In this document: positions 60,309 to 64,000 of the stretch, in pieces | Position numbering within the stretch: the stretch's first letter is position 1 | Layout of the letters: every line of letters starts with the position of its first letter | Assembly (NCBI GenBank): GCA_965202625.1 | Contig: CBDBBI010000010.1 | Span: 1,248,001-1,312,000, forward strand | Source: a bacterium | Lineage (GTDB): Bacteria > UBA8248 | Reading direction: 5' to 3' | Length of the DNA stretch: 64,000 bases | Position numbers and translations under genes: made by a program | The notes under the pieces: model-generated | The model's input: the letters and a program-made list of their open reading frames with translations, nothing else | Database searches by the model: none | Told to the model about the DNA's origin: nothing

Positions 60309-62579
60309 TCATTTCCTCGCTTCATCAATCGCCTCCAGCACGCGCTCGGGGCTGATAGGCAGGCTACGGATTCGCGCCCCGCCCGTCGCGTGATAGATGG
60401 CGTTGCAGATCGCCGCAGTAATCGGGTTTATCGCCACCTCGGCCAACCCCTTGGCGCCATAGGGTCCGTAAGGATCCATCGACTCAAAAAAATCATGCGC
60501 AATCGGCGGGGCATCCATAGAGGTGGCAATAAGATAATCGTGAAAATTCCGCCCTCGCAGATGCCCCTCCAACGGTGCGAGAGCCTCCATCATCGCATAG
60601 CTCATCCCCTGAACCGCGCCGCCCTCCACCTGTCCCTCTGCGCCCAGCCTGTTAATCACGCGGCCCGGATCATGCCCGCAACAGATTTGCAGGACAGAGA
60701 CGATTCCCGTCTCCATGTCCACCTCCACCTCGGCAGCGTGGGTGCTGAAAGAATACGTGGTCGAGGGGTTTCCGTATTTTTCCTTATCCAGAACGTCGCC
60801 TCCGGCCAGCCATTTTCCATGACCTTCAATTATCCTTCCCCCCCGCTTGACCACTTCGCCCACCGACATTCTCCGTTCAGGGAGTGCTTTCGCCTGGATC
60901 TCCCCTTCGACGATATCGAGTTCATCCGCAGGAATTTCCATGAGTTCCGCCGCTGCGTCCAGCAGATTCTCGCGCGCATCCTGTGCGGCACGCTTTACAG
61001 CGTTTCCGCCAATCAAAGTGATGCGGCTGGCGAACGCCCCCATGCCGAAAGGCATGTAACCCGTATCCGTGGGCGGCACCCTGAACCGGCTCACGGGAAT
61101 ATCCATCACTTCCGAGGCGATATACGCCATCACGCTCGTGGCGCCCTGCCCCAAGTCTGACTCGCCCGACCAGATTTCAACCCTTCCTCCCTCATCAATC
61201 CGCACCACGCCGCTCGATGGATCCGTGTCATCCGGTCCCAGCTCCGCCGAGAAGCCCTTGTTCCCCGAAACGTGAATGCAGCTGGCCAGACCCACGCCAC
61301 GCCCCCTTCCCCCCCGGGCGCGCTTGGCCTTCCAGTCGATCTTGTCCACCACATATCTCGTGGCGTCGGCCACGGCGCAACTCGCTATATTCCAACCGTG
61401 GAGCGAGACGTCGCCCTTCTCGGTATAGTTATTCAAACGCAGCTCCGCCGGATCCATCCCCAGACCATCGGCTACGTTGTCGAGGTGACTCTCCCAGGCA
61501 TAAGTTGCCTGCACGTTTCCAAAACCTCGCATCTGGCCCGATGGAATGACGTTCGTATAGACGAGCCTCCCCTCAATCTCCACAGCAGGCGTCCTGTAGA
61601 GGTTATCCGTTCTCAACGCGATGGAGCTCATGATGGCTGGAGAAAGAGAACTATAAGCGCCGTTCTCCGCCACGATTCGGACGCGCTTGCCGGCAAGCGC
61701 GCCATCACGCTTCCAAGCGGATTCCAGAGAGATGTGCACGGGCATCCTCGGGCGCATGGCAATTAAATCTTCCTCTAGGCTCAGTATGAACTTGACCGGC
61801 TTCTCCCCCGCCTGGCTCAGCATCGCCGCCATGAGCGCCGCTTTCACGTCCAATTTTCCGCCAAAAGCGCCGCCCGGTTTGGTTTGCGTCACGCGAAAAT
61901 CATCCGCGGACATACCCATAACGGGCGCGAGCATGAAAGTTCGAATCAAGAACACCGACTGCAAACAACCCCAAAGAGAAATCTTCCCGTCAGGATGCCA
62001 TTGCGCAGCACAGCCCGTGGGTTCGATATAGGCCTGGTGCGCAAGATGGGTGTGAAATTCGTCTGCAAACCTGACGTCGGCCGCATGGAACGCCTCGTCT
62101 ATCTCACCACGCTTGATATGGAACTGGTTCGCGATGTTTGCAGCGACGGAATCATGGACGAGAGGTGAGTTCGGCCCCTGTGCCTCAAAAGGGTCTGCGA
62201 CCGTGGGCAAAATTTCATATTCCACGCGAATGAGCGAAAGCGCCTCGCGCGCCGTCTCCTCGTCCACAGCCGCCACGGCGGCGACTTCATCCCCCACATA
62301 ACGCGCCTTCTCCCGGCAAAACGCGGTTTCATCTTTGTGATTGATGCCAAAGGGAGCATTCGGCGTGTTGTTCCTGGAAAGAACAACGGCGACGCCCGAC
62401 AAATTCTCCGCATCCGAGGTGTCAACATCCAGTATTCTGGCGTGAGGATGGGGACTTCGCAGCGCTATGCCAGTGAGTGCGCCTGGAAGATCCAAATCGT
62501 TGATGAATATCGTGGCGCCGGAGGCTTTCTCCGCAGCGTCAATCATAGGATACGGCTGGCCTACGACGCGCGCGATCAT
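60309..62579 (-). CDS. Xanthine dehydrogenase family molybdopterin-binding large subunit
   Basis: LRSPHPHA, HQAYIEP, GGAFGGK, QMRGFG, ASRIT, GQVEGG, GAKGLAE. Confidence 0.95.
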   Translation of the reverse strand: MIARVVGQPYPMIDAAEKASGATIFINDLDLPGALTGIALRSPHPHARILDVDTSDAENLSGVAVVLSRNNTPNAPFGINHKDETAFCREKARYVGDEVAAVAAVDEETAREALSLIRVEYEILPTVADPFEAQGPNSPLVHDSVAANIANQFHIKRGEIDEAFHAADVRFADEFHTHLAHQAYIEPTGCAAQWHPDGKISLWGCLQSVFLIRTFMLAPVMGMSADDFRVTQTKPGGAFGGKLDVKAALMAAMLSQAGEKPVKFILSLEEDLIAMRPRMPVHISLESAWKRDGALAGKRVRIVAENGAYSSLSPAIMSSIALRTDNLYRTPAVEIEGRLVYTNVIPSGQMRGFGNVQATYAWESHLDNVADGLGMDPAELRLNNYTEKGDVSLHGWNIASCAVADATRYVVDKIDWKAKRARGGRGRGVGLASCIHVSGNKGFSAELGPDDTDPSSGVVRIDEGGRVEIWSGESDLGQGATSVMAYIASEVMDIPVSRFRVPPTDTGYMPFGMGAFASRITLIGGNAVKRAAQDARENLLDAAAELMEIPADELDIVEGEIQAKALPERRMSVGEVVKRGGRIIEGHGKWLAGGDVLDKEKYGNPSTTYSFSTHAAEVEVDMETGIVSVLQICCGHDPGRVINRLGAEGQVEGGAVQGMSYAMMEALAPLEGHLRGRNFHDYLIATSMDAPPIAHDFFESMDPYGPYGAKGLAEVAINPITAAICNAIYHATGGARIRSLPISPERVLEAIDEARK

Positions 62580-63058
62580 GAGTCGCCTCTTGCCTTCATC
62601 TGTTGCGCGGCGGCTGCGACCGCCTCTAGAATTTTCTTGTATCCCGTGCACCGACAAAGGTTTCCCGCGAGACTACGCCGTATGTCCTCTTGTGTAGGCG
62701 CGGGATTCTCATCCAGAAGCGCTTTCGCCGACACCACGATTCCCGGCGTGCAAAAACCGCACTGGACACCTCCCTTTTCGATGAGCTGCTCCTGAACGGG
62801 GTGGAGGTCGTCTTCCGTCCCGATGCCGCGCACAGTGGTGACATCGACACCATCCGCCTGCGCAGCGAATAAAAGACAAGCATTCACCGCCACGCCATCA
62901 AGCAAAACGGCGCACGCGCCGCAATCACCTCCCTCGCAACTGAGCTTCACCTCCACGTAACCGATGCGTCTGAGCGCGCGCAGAAGCGTCTCTTCTCCTC
63001 GCACCACGAGGGTTTCATCCTTCCCGTTCACGCGCAATTTGATCTCGTACGCTTCCAT
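62576..63058 (-). CDS. (2Fe-2S)-binding small subunit (CoxS/XdhC-like)
   Basis: CEGGDCGAC, QCGFCTPG, GNLCRCTGY. Confidence 0.96.
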   Translation of the reverse strand: MEAYEIKLRVNGKDETLVVRGEETLLRALRRIGYVEVKLSCEGGDCGACAVLLDGVAVNACLLFAAQADGVDVTTVRGIGTEDDLHPVQEQLIEKGGVQCGFCTPGIVVSAKALLDENPAPTQEDIRRSLAGNLCRCTGYKKILEAVAAAAQQMKARGDS

Positions 63059-63088
63059 TGCCTTATGACCCAAAGCTCCATTTTTCCA

Positions 63089-63943
63089 TCACGCAACCAC
63101 GCCGAGAGACATGCCCAGCGCTTTTCTCAACATGCGGCGAACGAGAACACCGCACATTTTCTTTCGGTAGGCTGCAGTCGCTCGCACATCATCGATCGGC
63201 TGGGCGCTATCTTCCGCGGCTGCGGCCGCAGCCTCAATCTCCGCCTCCCCAATCTCCCTGCCACGCAGACGCATCTCAGCTGCGCGCGCGCGATACGGCA
63301 CGGCCGCCACCGCCCCAAGGCCAATGCCGGCCTCCATGCAAACATCCCCTTTCATCCGAAGAGAGACGGCCACGCTCAGAAGAGCTATCGCCATCGCCCG
63401 TCTCAGTTGCAGCTTGTGGTAAGCGCAACGATCCTCGGTCCCCATCGGCTCAATGACAATGGCCGTCATGAGTTCTTCTGGCCGAGCGGCTGTTTTCCGG
63501 TAACCCATGAAGAATTCGACAAGCGGCAAGGAGCGCTTTCCTTCCGCTGAGGCCAACTCGACGACGCCATCCTGAGACAACAGGGGCGAGGCCAAATCCG
63601 CAGCGGGCGAGGCGTCCATGAGGTTGCCAGCCACGCTCGCGCGGTTTCTTACCAAAGGTCCCGCGAACTCCAGGGCACTCTCATACAAAGACGGGGCGGC
63701 GACGCGTATTCGTTCAAAACCCAGCAAATCCGAGACCGTCGTCAGCGCGCCGATTCTCATTTTCCCGTCCGCTTCCTCAATGAAGCGCAGATCATCCAGA
63801 CGGCTGATATCCACCACGCGCTTTATTTTCTTTCGCCCGAAGAGCACGTCGGGCACCAGGTTCGTACCGCCTGCCACGAAAGTGGCTCCATCTCGAGCGG
63901 CGTTTAATGCCTCACCTACCGATCCGGCACAGAAGAATTCCAT
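63089..63943 (-). CDS. FAD-binding medium subunit (CoxM/XdhB-like)
   Basis: AGGTNL, IGALTT, RNRASVAGNL..ASPAAD, PIDDVRATAAYR. Confidence 0.95.
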   Translation of the reverse strand: MEFFCAGSVGEALNAARDGATFVAGGTNLVPDVLFGRKKIKRVVDISRLDDLRFIEEADGKMRIGALTTVSDLLGFERIRVAAPSLYESALEFAGPLVRNRASVAGNLMDASPAADLASPLLSQDGVVELASAEGKRSLPLVEFFMGYRKTAARPEELMTAIVIEPMGTEDRCAYHKLQLRRAMAIALLSVAVSLRMKGDVCMEAGIGLGAVAAVPYRARAAEMRLRGREIGEAEIEAAAAAAEDSAQPIDDVRATAAYRKKMCGVLVRRMLRKALGMSLGVVA

Positions 63944-64000
63944 ACCCCGTCCCTCAAAATTCCGCTCCGCTCAAACCTGAAATCCATGCGGCGTTCATTT

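Overview
GC-rich (about 60-65% by eye) chromosomal window from a Gram-negative bacterium (kdsB-pyrG-kdsA present). It carries core genes (guaB, mutL, mazG, recD2, thrC, pyrG, kdsA/B, nth, ino1, tRNA-Arg-CCG) and accessory metabolic modules (LsrF-like aldolase/ADH, NfeD-SPFH, class III aminotransferase, ICL/PEPM enzyme with two beta-hydroxyacid dehydrogenases, rhodanese-MoeB, tandem CocE/NonD hydrolases, a xanthine-dehydrogenase-family trio with an SdhA-like flavoprotein). A surface-polysaccharide locus is partly decayed. There are four separate defence/DNA-modification loci: an uncharacterised PD-(D/E)xK-like nuclease, an AT-rich MamI-like restriction-modification cassette with controller protein and C-box, an orphan beta-class methyltransferase, and a 1463-aa nuclease-helicase-methyltransferase. 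The most striking structure is a perfect (GCACCTC)x23 tandem array that starts just after a sigma70-like promoter, in the predicted leader of the 1463-aa RM gene, and may be a repeat-length control on that gene. Other highlights are an exported thermonuclease-fold protein lacking its catalytic residues and an approximately 100-135 bp dispersed element found twice between convergent genes. All calls come from reading motifs by eye; no database searches were run.
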